DNA from: Dehalococcoidia bacterium
GTDB lineage: Bacteria > Chloroflexota > Dehalococcoidia > UBA6926
DNA: 64,000 bases
Direction of reading: 5' to 3'
Assembly (NCBI GenBank): GCA_009841045.1
Contig: VXMO01000002.1
Coordinates: forward strand, 41,248-105,247
The notes beneath the pieces were generated by a model. The model saw only the letters and a program-made list of their open reading frames with translations. It was not told where the DNA came from and searched no databases. The position numbers were made by a program, and so were the translations under genes. Positions 54,401 through 63,875 of this stretch are shown here, in pieces; the stretch's first letter is position 1, and every line of letters begins with the position of its first letter.

Positions 54401-57400
54401 TGCAACGGTGAATTGGCGACGACGATCTTGCCGATGTGCAGAGCGTCCCGCATGAATTTGATGGCAGAGGGAACTTCGGCCATCGACCACGCAGTGTAGG
54501 GGATAGGACCAAGTTTGCCGTCATCCAACTGCTCCACCACGGCTCTGAGGGCGGTCCCTATGATCTCTGGGTGCGTCACCTTGAGTTCATCGTTCTTCAG
54601 GATGTGGTACTTCACGTCCGGCCGCGCCGTCGCCATTTCCTCCTCGGTCAGGATGCCGTCACGCGCCAGCTCAACGAATCGTCCGTCCTGAGCTAGGCAC
54701 GAAAGGCTTGCGTCGATAAACCCCTCTCCGGTGAGGCTATTCAGCACAATGTCAACGCCCGCGCCGCCGGTGTCCTCCAGGATTTGTTGCCCAAAGAGCG
54801 TGCTACGGCTGTCATAGATGTGATTGATGCCGAGTTCCCGCAGATATGTCTGCTTGCGGCTGCTTGCCGTCGCGAAGATCTCCGCCCCTGCAGCCTGCGC
54901 CATTGCAACCGCCGCCATCCCCACCCCGCCTGAAGCGGCATGGATCAAAACGCGGTCGCCCGCCCCAAGACCGGCGAACTCGTAGGAACGCAAGGCTGTG
55001 GTATAGGCGGTTGGCACTGTCGCCAACTCTCGGGTTGACATCGTTTCGGGAGCATGAGCGATGAGTTGCTCATGGACGACGGTCTCAGCCGCCAACGTTT
55101 CAAATGAGAGACTGATGACGCGATCACCCGGAGACAGACGCGTGACATCCGCGCCGACCTCTGTCACTCGCCCCATAAACTCAAGCCCTAGGTTGGTAGC
55201 ATCCTCCATGCCGATGCTGAGCAGGACGTCACGGAAATTGAGACCGACGGCGTCAACCGCGACGCGCGCTTGCCACGGCTCCAGGGCGGCATCCTCCACG
55301 TTATCGACGTAAATCCTGTCCGGATCTCCCGATTCATCCGGCATCAACAACCAGCCCGAACCCTCTGGAATGGTGAGCCGGTCGGCAACGTCGCTGCTAC
55401 GCACAAGCCGCGCAGCCTGACGATAGCCCCTGCGCCAAACGACATGATTCTCACTGTCGGGTCGGAGTAACTCATCAATGAGATCGGTACTCTCTATGCC
55501 GTCATCATCCAGGTCAATCATTCTCGCCTGAAGCGCAGGAATCTCGCGAATCAGAACCTTGCCGAGTCCCCACAGGGCTGCCCCGGCCGGTTCGATGAGC
55601 GGCTCGCGTCCGATGGACTGCGCTCCGCGCGTAATGATCCAAAGGCCGCCTGACGGAATCACGTCCGCATCTAACAGCCCCTGGACCATCGCCAAAGCGG
55701 AGCCGCCAGCTTGCCGAATGTCTGCGGATAGTTCGTCGGTCGTCGCGTCCGAACCGTGACCGCCGGCGGCGACGAGGTGAATGACGCCACGCACGGGAAC
55801 ATCCTGCGGCAAGCTGTCAAACAGCGCGCGCCACGACTCCCGATCCAGCAAGTCGACATCCGCGAGAGTAACGGTCTGGTTCCTTGCAGTCAGTTCGGCG
55901 GCCAGCGTGTCGGCAACGTCGCCGTCATCAGCGGCAATGACCCATGCGCCGGGCTCCTCGATGATTTCGGCGGGTGCTCTAGCGAGGAAAACGGAACGGT
56001 CAGGGGCTTCGGATGATTCACCTGAGCCGAGTCCGAGAACCTGCGGGTCTTCAAACCCCGTGTCTAGTAGTGCCTGCGTCCATACGTCCGGGCCAACGAT
56101 GGCATGGTTGGTTCGATACTTGTCGTTAAAGTGCCACCATCCCTCCAGCGCGCCAAACGTCACATCCTGCCAGCCCATCCCCACGAGGGCCTCTAGCGCG
56201 ATCAGGTGGCCGGATGGCGCAAGGAGATTCATGCAGTTGCGCAGGGTCTCACTGAGGGAAACCGTGTCGTGCAGGACATTTGCCGCGATGACGAGGTCAT
56301 AGCGATGAGGTTCAAACCCTTGTTCAACCGGGCTCTTTCCAATGTCGAGGGGCCTGTAGTCTATCGCGCCGTCGGCAGTCCCGAACCGGGCTTCCGCCTC
56401 TGAGAAGAATCCGGCGGAGATGTCTGTGTACACGTACTCGAAACTGCCGGCCGGGAGCCTGGGCAAGACGGCGGCCGTGCTTGAGCCTGTCCCTGCGCCC
56501 ACCTCGATGATTCGCAGCGTTCGTCCGGCAGGCACTTCTTGAATAAGCGCGGCGATGGTATCGCCAAGCATGTTGTTCACTGCGCCTGTGGAAGGGGCGG
56601 TGTTGTAGAGGTCGCCGGGCGTTGGGTAATCGCTCCCAAACAGCACGGTCAAGGGGTCGGTCTCTCTTTGCAGGATGCCGGGCAACTCCGCCGCCGTCCG
56701 TTGGCAGAGGGCAATCTCAATCGATCCAAAAGGATAGCGCTCCAGCATGGACTCAGCGAATGCGTTCGGATCAGGGGGCAGATCCGCCGGCAGCGGGTCA
56801 TCCGGCCCGATCAAAACGTGGAAGCCATCCGCGGTTTCCCGCATCACACCGGCGCGCACGAGTAGTTCAAAGACGCGCCTGAACAGCTTGGCGCGGTCAC
56901 CCGTGATATTCAATTCGTCACTCAACGCCTCCGGGTTGATCACCTCTCCGGCGGCGTAGTGGCAGCCAAGCTCGCGGACGGCGGCCAGCGCAAACGAGTA
57001 CGAAAGCCGTTCGATGTCGGCCATGAGATTTGTGCGGTCGCCCCAGTCCACCCCTTCACGTGAGATGTACTCCTTGAACGACGGCGTCGCAGCCTGAATC
57101 ACAGAAGGCTCTGTGAGGAAATCTGCAGGCTGGAGCGGGAACAACGGCCGGTCTTGCCAAACGACATCGTAGAGCAGGTTTGACAAACCTTCGTCTGCCG
57201 AGAACAACGCCTCGCGGGTGGCTCGCTTGATTGTCAAGCCAATGATTCCGCCAAGCGGCTCGCCGTCGGGGCTGTAGATGGTCACGTCCGTTGCGTACAC
57301 TTCCGGCGTGCCGCGTCGGCTGTCCGTTGCGGCGTCAGAGGGCCTTTCGCGCATGGTGGCGTGGCACAGGACCCGGGACGGCAGTGGGCCGCTCATCCAG

Positions 57401-60400
57401 AGCCGCTCCCACGCAAAAGGAAGGTAGGTGGTGCTATTGCTGAAGTCGTCGTCTATCCGTGCGGCAGAAGCGGCCTGCACACAGCCGTCGAGGAGCACGG
57501 GATGGAAATCAAGTCCGTTTCGGACGAGTTCATCAGGGAGTGTAACTTCTCCAAGAGACGCCCCGTTTCCTGCCCACAGCTCTGTTACGGTCTGGAACAG
57601 TGGCCCGAAATCGAGGCGGATTTCCGCCTTGGACCGGTAGAACTCTACAATGTCGATTTGACGCAGACCGTCGCGTAACTCGTCCGGTGATATGGCCGTA
57701 ACACCGTCCGGCAACCCGCGCTGATCGAGTGCCGTGCCCTTGGCGTGGAGCGTCCAGTTGTTCTCAGTGTCGGAAGTGCTGTAGATTTCGAAGCCGCGAC
57801 TCGCGTCTTTGCCCCGAGGTTCAAGGATTACCTGGGCGGAGCGTTCGGCGGACTCAGGCGTGTCGTTGTCTTCGGCATCGGCAAAGACCATCGCGGTCTG
57901 TATCTGCGTATCGTCGAGGGCAACTATCCCGTCGTAATCGGCGCGCGCGGCCGTTAAGGCCATTGAGGCGTACATCGCCCCCGGCGCGATGACCCGCCCG
58001 AACACGCGATGGTCGCTCAGCCACGCCGGATTGGAGGGCGACGGGCGGCTTTCAAAACTCACCTCGCCGCGTGGGGACACATGGCGAATTCCCAGCAGCG
58101 GATGTCCCGCAACCGCTGCTGGTCGCGCGGACGTGTCAACCCAGTGGCGGTGTCGCTGGAAGGGATAGCCGGGAGCTATGACCCGGCGGCGCGACTCGCC
58201 CGTGAAGAGGCCCGGAAAATCGATGGGAACACCGGCTTCATAGGCGGCTGCAACCGCGGTTATGAAACCACGAGTCGCATCAACGGGCGGCTCCGTCTCG
58301 TCATGGGGAGGACGAATCATGCTCGATAAGACGGGCGGATCCTTGACGGGGGCGTTGGGCGGCCATGCTAGGGAGACGACAGGGCCGAGAACCATGCCGG
58401 GTCCAATCTCGATGACGAAGTCCACGCCCATCTCTGCCATGGACTCGATGCTGGATCGGAAGAGTACTTTTTCACGAGCGTGCCGACTCCAGTAAGCGGC
58501 ATCGATAAGCTCCCCCTCCTCCAGGGGTCGCCCCGTATAGTCGCAGATCAGAGGTATTTGCGGCGTGCGCGGGGACTTGAGGATTTCGCTGAACGTGCTT
58601 TCCTGCGTGTCCAACATCGGCTCGACAAAGGCGCTATGGAAAGCAGGCCCCGGGGTCAATCGTCGGACGCGGACCTCCTCCGCCTCAAACCGCTGCAGGA
58701 TTGCCTCAACGTCATCCTTGCCTCCGCTGACGACCTGGTTGATGGCGTTATCGAGGCCGATGGTGAGGCGTGTATCGCCGCTGATAGCTTGTTGTTCCAC
58801 AATTGCGGCCTCAACGGCGGCCTGCGGCGCGAAGACCGCGCCCATCGCCGCGTCCAGAGGCAATCCGCTCATCAACTCTCCGCGCGCCGTTGTCATGCGC
58901 AGCCCTTCCTCAAAGGTCAGGGCTCCGGCGGCTTGCGCCGCCGCGAACTCACCCAAACTGTGTCCGGCGACGACTGATGGCGTAACACCGATGCTCTTCC
59001 ACAGCGCCGTGAGCATACATTCCACCGCGTAGACGGCTGGCTGTGCCCACCGAGAATCGTCCAGGTCGCCGGCGCGGCCAAAGATGACGTCGAGTAGCGA
59101 TTCGCCCCGTTCGCTCTGCACGATGGCCTCACACCGGTCCAAAATGTCTCGTGCGACCGGCTCAGTCTCATACAGCGTCTGCGCCATGCCGACCCATTGG
59201 CTGTTTTGGCCGGTGTAGACGAAAGCAATCTTTGATGGGGCGCCCGCCGGGCGGCGTGGGGAGGTTGATTCAGCGATTTTATCGAGGCCGTCTCTAAGGG
59301 ATGCGGCATCGCGGAATGGGATGGCAGCGCGGTAGCGGAAATGGCTGCGGCCGATGCTCGTTGTCCACGTCAAGTCTGAGAGGACGGGGTCGGATGTGGG
59401 AGCGTCCGGGGACGGCCCGCCGGATGTCTCGCTGAGTTGGTCAAGATAGCGCTGGGCCAGATCTTGCAAAGTTTCGGGCGTTTTAGCCGAAAGCGGCAGT
59501 ATGCGTGTTTGACGCGGTGTGGTATCCGTCACGTCGACAGAGTCGGGAGCATCCAATTCAACGGATGCCCCTAAGGGCCACATGGTGGTTCCGGCTGACA
59601 GGGACGGTGCGGCGGGCGCGCCGTAGCCTTCCACGATGACGTGGGCATTCGTGCCGGACCATCCAAACCCGCTCACAGCGGCTCGTGGCGGCCTGCCGTC
59701 GACTTGCGGCCAGTCCATTGCCTCGGTCGGCACGTGCAGGTTGGCCGTCTCCCAGTCGATTGCCGTGGTGGGATTCTCGAAATTGAGGTGCTTGGGGATG
59801 ATGCCGCGCCGCATTCCCAGGATAACCTTCATCATTCCCGCAACGCCTGACGCCGGCTCGAGGTGCCCAAAATTCGTCTTGACGGAGCCGATGATCATGG
59901 GTTGGTCCGCTGGTCGGCCACTGCCGTACGCGGCTGCCGCGGCCTGCAGTTCAGGAGGGTCGCCGACCGGAGTCGCCGTCCCGTGCGCTTCCAGGTAATC
60001 CACATCCATGGGGGTAAGCCCGGCTGAGGCCAGCGCGTCGCGAATGACGTTTTCTTGTGCGGAAGCGCTCGGCACAGTCAGGCCCTGGCTTGCGCCGTCC
60101 TGGTTGATTGCAGAGCCGCGGATGATTCCCCAGATGCGGTCGCCGTCCCGTTCGGCGTCGCTCAGGCGCTTGAGCACCATGATTCCGCAGCCCTCGCCGC
60201 GCAGATAACCGTCCGCCGCCTCATCAAACGTCCGGCATATACCGTTGGGTGAGAGCATCCCGGCCTGTCGTCGAAGGAACATGACCCTGCCGGAGAGCAT
60301 CGCGTTGACACCTCCGGCCAGGGCAATATCTGCCTCCCCGCGCTGAAGGCCGACAATGGCCTGGTGCGTGGCGACGAGGGATGACGAGCAAGCCGTATCG

Positions 60401-60939
60401 ATAGCAAGCGCAGGCCCCTCAAGACCAAGCGTGTAGGAGATGCGCCCGATAGCGGTATTGAGGTTGCTCCCGCTGGCTGCGTAAAGACTGGTGGCGGGAT
60501 CGTCCAGTTCAATCGACGCAACGGCCGCAGCGCGATACTCATTGTTGCTGATGCCGCCGTAGACGCCGGTGCGCGTTCCCCTGAGGGTTTCCGGATCGAT
60601 CCCCGCGTCTTCGAGGGCGCGCCAACTCGTTTCCAACATAAGCCGCTGTTGCGGATCCAGAAGCTGTGCCTCTATCGGCGCGATTCTGAAGAACTCGGCA
60701 TCGAACTTGTCGATGTCGTCGATGAATGCTCCGTAGTGGATGATGTCGCCCTGCGTGGAGGGAAGCTCAAGGAATTCGCCCATGCGACCGGGCCCTTCGC
60801 CGACCCTCCCCTCTGTTCGCACCATGGTGCCAGAGGACAGCAGCCGCCAATAGGAATCGTAATCGTTCGCGCCGGGAAATCGGCACGCCATACCGATGAT
60901 TGCGATGGGTTCGCCCGTCTGGGAGATGTATCCTGCCAC
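51430..60939 (-). CDS. Type I polyketide synthase, SupA-like: KS-AT-DH-cMT-ER-KR-ACP-KS, AT-less terminus
   Basis: KS1 DTACSSS/EAHGTAT/NFGH; AT GHSLG; DH HRVFGRVIAP; MT EVGAGTG; ER HAASGGVG; KR TGGLGGIG; ACP GMDSL; KS2 DLACTSS/EAHGTGT/NMGH; GGGAGG RBS before GTG 60939. Confidence 0.95.
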   Translation of the reverse strand: MAGYISQTGEPIAIIGMACRFPGANDYDSYWRLLSSGTMVRTEGRVGEGPGRMGEFLELPSTQGDIIHYGAFIDDIDKFDAEFFRIAPIEAQLLDPQQRLMLETSWRALEDAGIDPETLRGTRTGVYGGISNNEYRAAAVASIELDDPATSLYAASGSNLNTAIGRISYTLGLEGPALAIDTACSSSLVATHQAIVGLQRGEADIALAGGVNAMLSGRVMFLRRQAGMLSPNGICRTFDEAADGYLRGEGCGIMVLKRLSDAERDGDRIWGIIRGSAINQDGASQGLTVPSASAQENVIRDALASAGLTPMDVDYLEAHGTATPVGDPPELQAAAAAYGSGRPADQPMIIGSVKTNFGHLEPASGVAGMMKVILGMRRGIIPKHLNFENPTTAIDWETANLHVPTEAMDWPQVDGRPPRAAVSGFGWSGTNAHVIVEGYGAPAAPSLSAGTTMWPLGASVELDAPDSVDVTDTTPRQTRILPLSAKTPETLQDLAQRYLDQLSETSGGPSPDAPTSDPVLSDLTWTTSIGRSHFRYRAAIPFRDAASLRDGLDKIAESTSPRRPAGAPSKIAFVYTGQNSQWVGMAQTLYETEPVARDILDRCEAIVQSERGESLLDVIFGRAGDLDDSRWAQPAVYAVECMLTALWKSIGVTPSVVAGHSLGEFAAAQAAGALTFEEGLRMTTARGELMSGLPLDAAMGAVFAPQAAVEAAIVEQQAISGDTRLTIGLDNAINQVVSGGKDDVEAILQRFEAEEVRVRRLTPGPAFHSAFVEPMLDTQESTFSEILKSPRTPQIPLICDYTGRPLEEGELIDAAYWSRHAREKVLFRSSIESMAEMGVDFVIEIGPGMVLGPVVSLAWPPNAPVKDPPVLSSMIRPPHDETEPPVDATRGFITAVAAAYEAGVPIDFPGLFTGESRRRVIAPGYPFQRHRHWVDTSARPAAVAGHPLLGIRHVSPRGEVSFESRPSPSNPAWLSDHRVFGRVIAPGAMYASMALTAARADYDGIVALDDTQIQTAMVFADAEDNDTPESAERSAQVILEPRGKDASRGFEIYSTSDTENNWTLHAKGTALDQRGLPDGVTAISPDELRDGLRQIDIVEFYRSKAEIRLDFGPLFQTVTELWAGNGASLGEVTLPDELVRNGLDFHPVLLDGCVQAASAARIDDDFSNSTTYLPFAWERLWMSGPLPSRVLCHATMRERPSDAATDSRRGTPEVYATDVTIYSPDGEPLGGIIGLTIKRATREALFSADEGLSNLLYDVVWQDRPLFPLQPADFLTEPSVIQAATPSFKEYISREGVDWGDRTNLMADIERLSYSFALAAVRELGCHYAAGEVINPEALSDELNITGDRAKLFRRVFELLVRAGVMRETADGFHVLIGPDDPLPADLPPDPNAFAESMLERYPFGSIEIALCQRTAAELPGILQRETDPLTVLFGSDYPTPGDLYNTAPSTGAVNNMLGDTIAALIQEVPAGRTLRIIEVGAGTGSSTAAVLPRLPAGSFEYVYTDISAGFFSEAEARFGTADGAIDYRPLDIGKSPVEQGFEPHRYDLVIAANVLHDTVSLSETLRNCMNLLAPSGHLIALEALVGMGWQDVTFGALEGWWHFNDKYRTNHAIVGPDVWTQALLDTGFEDPQVLGLGSGESSEAPDRSVFLARAPAEIIEEPGAWVIAADDGDVADTLAAELTARNQTVTLADVDLLDRESWRALFDSLPQDVPVRGVIHLVAAGGHGSDATTDELSADIRQAGGSALAMVQGLLDADVIPSGGLWIITRGAQSIGREPLIEPAGAALWGLGKVLIREIPALQARMIDLDDDGIESTDLIDELLRPDSENHVVWRRGYRQAARLVRSSDVADRLTIPEGSGWLLMPDESGDPDRIYVDNVEDAALEPWQARVAVDAVGLNFRDVLLSIGMEDATNLGLEFMGRVTEVGADVTRLSPGDRVISLSFETLAAETVVHEQLIAHAPETMSTRELATVPTAYTTALRSYEFAGLGAGDRVLIHAASGGVGMAAVAMAQAAGAEIFATASSRKQTYLRELGINHIYDSRSTLFGQQILEDTGGAGVDIVLNSLTGEGFIDASLSCLAQDGRFVELARDGILTEEEMATARPDVKYHILKNDELKVTHPEIIGTALRAVVEQLDDGKLGPIPYTAWSMAEVPSAIKFMRDALHIGKIVVANSPLQSGSLRADRTYLVTGGLGGIGTEVARWLADKGAGAIVLNGRRNPDPEAQEVIDELREVGVTVQVELADVTDGAAIDAMLERIDASLPPLAGVIHSVGVLADASVANQTWDSFERVLSPKILGAWQLHRATLNRDLDMFILFSSVAGVFGNPGQANHAAANAFLDQLAGHRRAMGLAGQTIAWGAWSDIGEAAEQRERIEETLAERGTLWMSPDQGMRAFDWLVHQDWTNATVTSIEWESFLDSVGFTPPLFTEFEHVESDEDAGSADAGETLLASLGNAAPDEREQLIIEFLRRELQSVMRMPSQPTPAAEFSELGMDSLMAVELRNRINRALVGAYVAPNTVVFDYPSIGRLAAHVAGELGEIAPSATPIVERSTPPLPAPVVELPAPPSPARVVETPAATPRVKRQTDQDAIAIVGMACRFPGSENLDAFWHLLENGESAVTDGRTNRGDWTGLLGDPNAKNSYERHGAFLENIDEFDPRFFRIQPIEARTMDPQQRLLLETAWQALEDAGINPDELRGSQTGVYAGISGSEYRTVLARNGGEDIFGTTPSMAIGRIAFTFGLQGPAVPIDLACTSSVAAVHQGAAALRNGEVDLALAGGVSIILSQSTSRFLAELGILSRSGRTASFDASGDGYVRGEGCGFVVLKRLSDAERDGDHIWGVVRGSAVNQNGAGFSMISPNGAAQQTVMRDALERSGVTPSDIDYLEAHGTGTPLGDSIEANAVAAVYGRDREADRPLIMGSVKTNMGHLEAASGMAGLIKVVLAMKHRLIPKHLNFTTPNPEIDWSNMPLHIPIEAMDWPAPADRPTMAAINVFGMTGANAHVIIEGYEAGARQPTPSAAPKARLLPLSAKDDAALRELAERYRDWLDTRVNGSAENANHVDEALADMAWTASVGRSHFPARGGVVFTNVDDLRAGLQRLIDGSSPANGAAANRDTDPVSAAARAYEAGQDVDFVKFFAGEERLRISVPGYPFQRRRYWVRSRNGAG

Positions 60940-61076
60940 GATCCCTCCCACGCTCGGTAATCAGATTCTCGGGCCGCAAGTCTGCATCCACTATAGATAG
61001 CCGCTTCGTAACTGCCAATACATCACAGCCCGATTTATCTATTATAGAAACGCAAGTGAGACCCTTTCTCAGGATC

Positions 61077-62729
61077 ATGTCAATCGCTCAAACGGCACTC
61101 AATAAACTCGCAGTTCGACCGTCGTACAGCTGGGGTCAACTGCGCGGCGACGTCTTCGGTGGACTAACGGCGGGAAGCATTGTGCTCCCGGCTGCGGTCG
61201 GCTACGGCGTGATCTCCGGTCTCGGCCCTGTCGCCGGCTTGTACGGAGCCACCGCCGTCAGTCTCTTTGCCGCGCTCTTTGGCGGCACACGCGGAATGAT
61301 TTCCGGCCCAAATATCCTTGTTACCCTGACCATGGCCGCGGTCGTTTCCCAGTACGCCAACAGCCTTGCAGAAGCTGCTGCCGCCGCCGTCCTTGCGGGT
61401 TTGATCCAGATCGGTTTCGGAGTTCTCCGGCTTGGACGATTTGTTTCCTACACTCCGTATTCACTGATAGCCGGTTTCCTCACGGCATTCGGAATCCTCC
61501 TGATCATCAAGCAGATACTGCTTGGGCTGGGCGCGTCAGCGGGCGGCACTGCGCTAGACAGCGTCCGTGCGTTGCCTGACGCGCTGAGGGAAGCCAACGT
61601 GGAGGCTATCATTGTCGCGGTCTTCTGTGTCGCGCTGGGAGTAGCATGGCGGGGAAGGCTCCTGAAAATCGCCCCGGCGCAATTCGCGGTGCTGGTTTTC
61701 GGGACAATCGTGGCTGTGTTGTTCTTTACGGGCGCGCCCACCATTGGCAATGTCCCACAGGGACTGCCCTCACCAGAGTTGCCTGAGTTCACCCTCGATA
61801 CGCTGGTCAGGCTTCTCCAACCTGCATTTGCCATGGCGCTGCTGAGTTCCCTATCAACCCTCATCGTGGCTCTCCCTCTGGACACGATCACCGGGACGCA
61901 GCACAAGCCCAATCAGGAACTGGCAGCGCAGGGCATGGGCAACGTTGCAGCCGGTTTCATCGGCGGCATGCCAGGGGGCGTGTCTCCGGGAACACTTGCC
62001 AACGCATTCAGCGGTGGACGTACGCAGGTGGCCGGGCTAACCGTTGCAGCCCTTATGGTCTCCGTCCTCCTCTTCCTCGGGCCGATCGCGGAACGCGTGC
62101 CCCTTTCGGTTCTCGCAGGCATCCTGATCATCAACGGCTGGAACATCATTGATTGGCGATTCATCAAGCGCCTGCATCGTGTTCCTGCCGACTACACAAT
62201 CGTCATGGTCCTAACCTGCTCCATTGTGCTCTTTGTGGACATCACCCTCGCCGTGGTGGTCGGCTTTGTGGTGTCCGCGTTGGCCGCTGCGCGACGGCGT
62301 GAAATGATGGAAACCGAGGTCCTCATCTCCACCCCAATTCTTGACAGCGTGTTCCTTGAGAATGATGATGCAGACCCATTTGAGGCACGCGCTGGAGTCG
62401 TCATTTTCCCAGATCGCGTCACGGTGGCCTCAGCCCGTGAGGTGAGCCGCATAGTCCGTTCGGACATCCAGGCGCATCAGGTCGTCATCTTTGACATGTC
62501 CCGCACCTTTTTCATCGACGATTCCGCGGCAGTGGCTATAGCGGATCTGATCAGGATTGCGACCGTTCGCCGCCCGGGCCGCGTTGTCATCGCGGGATTG
62601 ACAAAACCGGTCACGGAAACGTTTGATGCGTTCGGCCTGCGCTCCGCCATGCCCGAAGGACTGATTGTTCCCGACATGGATGCCGCACGAGCCAGAGTAC
62701 GAGACCTGCTGGCCACCCCTGCACCCTGA
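61077..62729 (+). CDS. SulP/SLC26 anion permease with STAS-like domain (SupE-like)
   Basis: GDVFGGLT..LP.AVGY..SGLGP.AGLY, FGGTRGMISGP, NQELAAQGMGN, C-terminal VVIFDMS..FIDDS. Confidence 0.92.
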   Translation: MSIAQTALNKLAVRPSYSWGQLRGDVFGGLTAGSIVLPAAVGYGVISGLGPVAGLYGATAVSLFAALFGGTRGMISGPNILVTLTMAAVVSQYANSLAEAAAAAVLAGLIQIGFGVLRLGRFVSYTPYSLIAGFLTAFGILLIIKQILLGLGASAGGTALDSVRALPDALREANVEAIIVAVFCVALGVAWRGRLLKIAPAQFAVLVFGTIVAVLFFTGAPTIGNVPQGLPSPELPEFTLDTLVRLLQPAFAMALLSSLSTLIVALPLDTITGTQHKPNQELAAQGMGNVAAGFIGGMPGGVSPGTLANAFSGGRTQVAGLTVAALMVSVLLFLGPIAERVPLSVLAGILIINGWNIIDWRFIKRLHRVPADYTIVMVLTCSIVLFVDITLAVVVGFVVSALAAARRREMMETEVLISTPILDSVFLENDDADPFEARAGVVIFPDRVTVASAREVSRIVRSDIQAHQVVIFDMSRTFFIDDSAAVAIADLIRIATVRRPGRVVIAGLTKPVTETFDAFGLRSAMPEGLIVPDMDAARARVRDLLATPAP

Positions 62730-62744
62730 GCTTGTCGAGAGGTG
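62722..62744. repeat. Small palindromic REP-like element overlapping the SulP stop
   Basis: CACCCTGAGCTTGTCGAGAGGTG. Confidence 0.6.
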
Positions 62745-62762
62745 AATAGAGGAACCGGGCCC

Positions 62763-63875
62763 TCACCCCCAGACGTTCTGAGCCGTCTCGGCGACTACTC
62801 GCAGCTTTGCATTCTGTTCCTCAATGGTGAGTCGATTGCCGACGATGGACGTGCCGAACCCGCATTGCGGGCTAATGGCCAGTTGCTCGTGCGGGAAGTG
62901 CTGTGAGGCCTCGGTAATCCTGTCCGAAAGCTCCGATAGTGTCTCGGCGCGTGGCGACTTGGTCGTGACCAGCCCAAGCGCCACTGTCTTGTCGTTGGGC
63001 ACGCCGCGAAGAGGTTCAAATGAACCCGAGCGCTCGTCATCGTACTCCAGCATCAGCCGATGCGCGTTCACCCGTTGGAGTACCGGCTCAACAATGCGGT
63101 CGTAACCGCCTTCGGCCAGCCAACGACTGCCCTGGTTGCCTCGGCAGAGGTGGAACGCGAATGTCGCCTCCGTGAAGCCGTCCATCACGGCGTTGTCCAG
63201 CTCGATTCCTTGTGCGACCCAGTCCTCTCCGGTCCGGCCTTGGGACTCGTAGAATGCCGCCCATGTTGGATCAAGAATGAGAGGGTAGTGCGGGGCGTCG
63301 AGCTGGATATAAGTTGCGCCAAGCCTGATCAACTCTTCGATTTCCTCGCGGATGATCTGCGCCACGTCACTCAGAAACGCATCAAGCGTGGGGTATGCCT
63401 CAACTGATTTGCTCGGCGACCAGAAATTGGCGAATAGGCTGGGACTCGGTAGCGTCACCTTCGGCATGCGTGTCGTGTGGCCCCGGAGATAGGTGAACTC
63501 CTCTGCCGACAGGTGACGTTTGCGCCGCAGTTCGCCAACAACGCCAAGCGTCGCCGGGCGCTCCGTCAGTGAATCTCCAACCCGCTCATCGCCACGCCAA
63601 TCACCCCAGAGAAACGCGTCGATATCGAACTCGCCGAAGCCATCGACCGCCTCGGGCATCTGGCTCTGGAACGATAACCGCCGCATCTCGCCATCTGTAA
63701 GCACCTCGAACCCGGCCGCCTCCTGCGCAGCCACCGCGCCGTCGACGGCGGCGTCCTCAATGCGCTTGAACTCCGAGGGCGTGATTTGTCCGGCCGCAAC
63801 CTCCTCGCGCGCGGCGAGCAACTCCGGCGGCCTGATCATGCTTCCAACCACGTCGGCATGAGGCAGGTCTGACAT
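62763..63875 (-). CDS. Cobalamin-independent methionine synthase catalytic-domain (MetE core/YxjH-like) protein
   Basis: ADVVGSMIRP, TDGEMRR, YIQLDAP, HLCRGN, LEYD, ISPQCGF (Zn ligands); start reassigned to ATG 63875. Confidence 0.92.
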   Translation of the reverse strand: MSDLPHADVVGSMIRPPELLAAREEVAAGQITPSEFKRIEDAAVDGAVAAQEAAGFEVLTDGEMRRLSFQSQMPEAVDGFGEFDIDAFLWGDWRGDERVGDSLTERPATLGVVGELRRKRHLSAEEFTYLRGHTTRMPKVTLPSPSLFANFWSPSKSVEAYPTLDAFLSDVAQIIREEIEELIRLGATYIQLDAPHYPLILDPTWAAFYESQGRTGEDWVAQGIELDNAVMDGFTEATFAFHLCRGNQGSRWLAEGGYDRIVEPVLQRVNAHRLMLEYDDERSGSFEPLRGVPNDKTVALGLVTTKSPRAETLSELSDRITEASQHFPHEQLAISPQCGFGTSIVGNRLTIEEQNAKLRVVAETAQNVWG

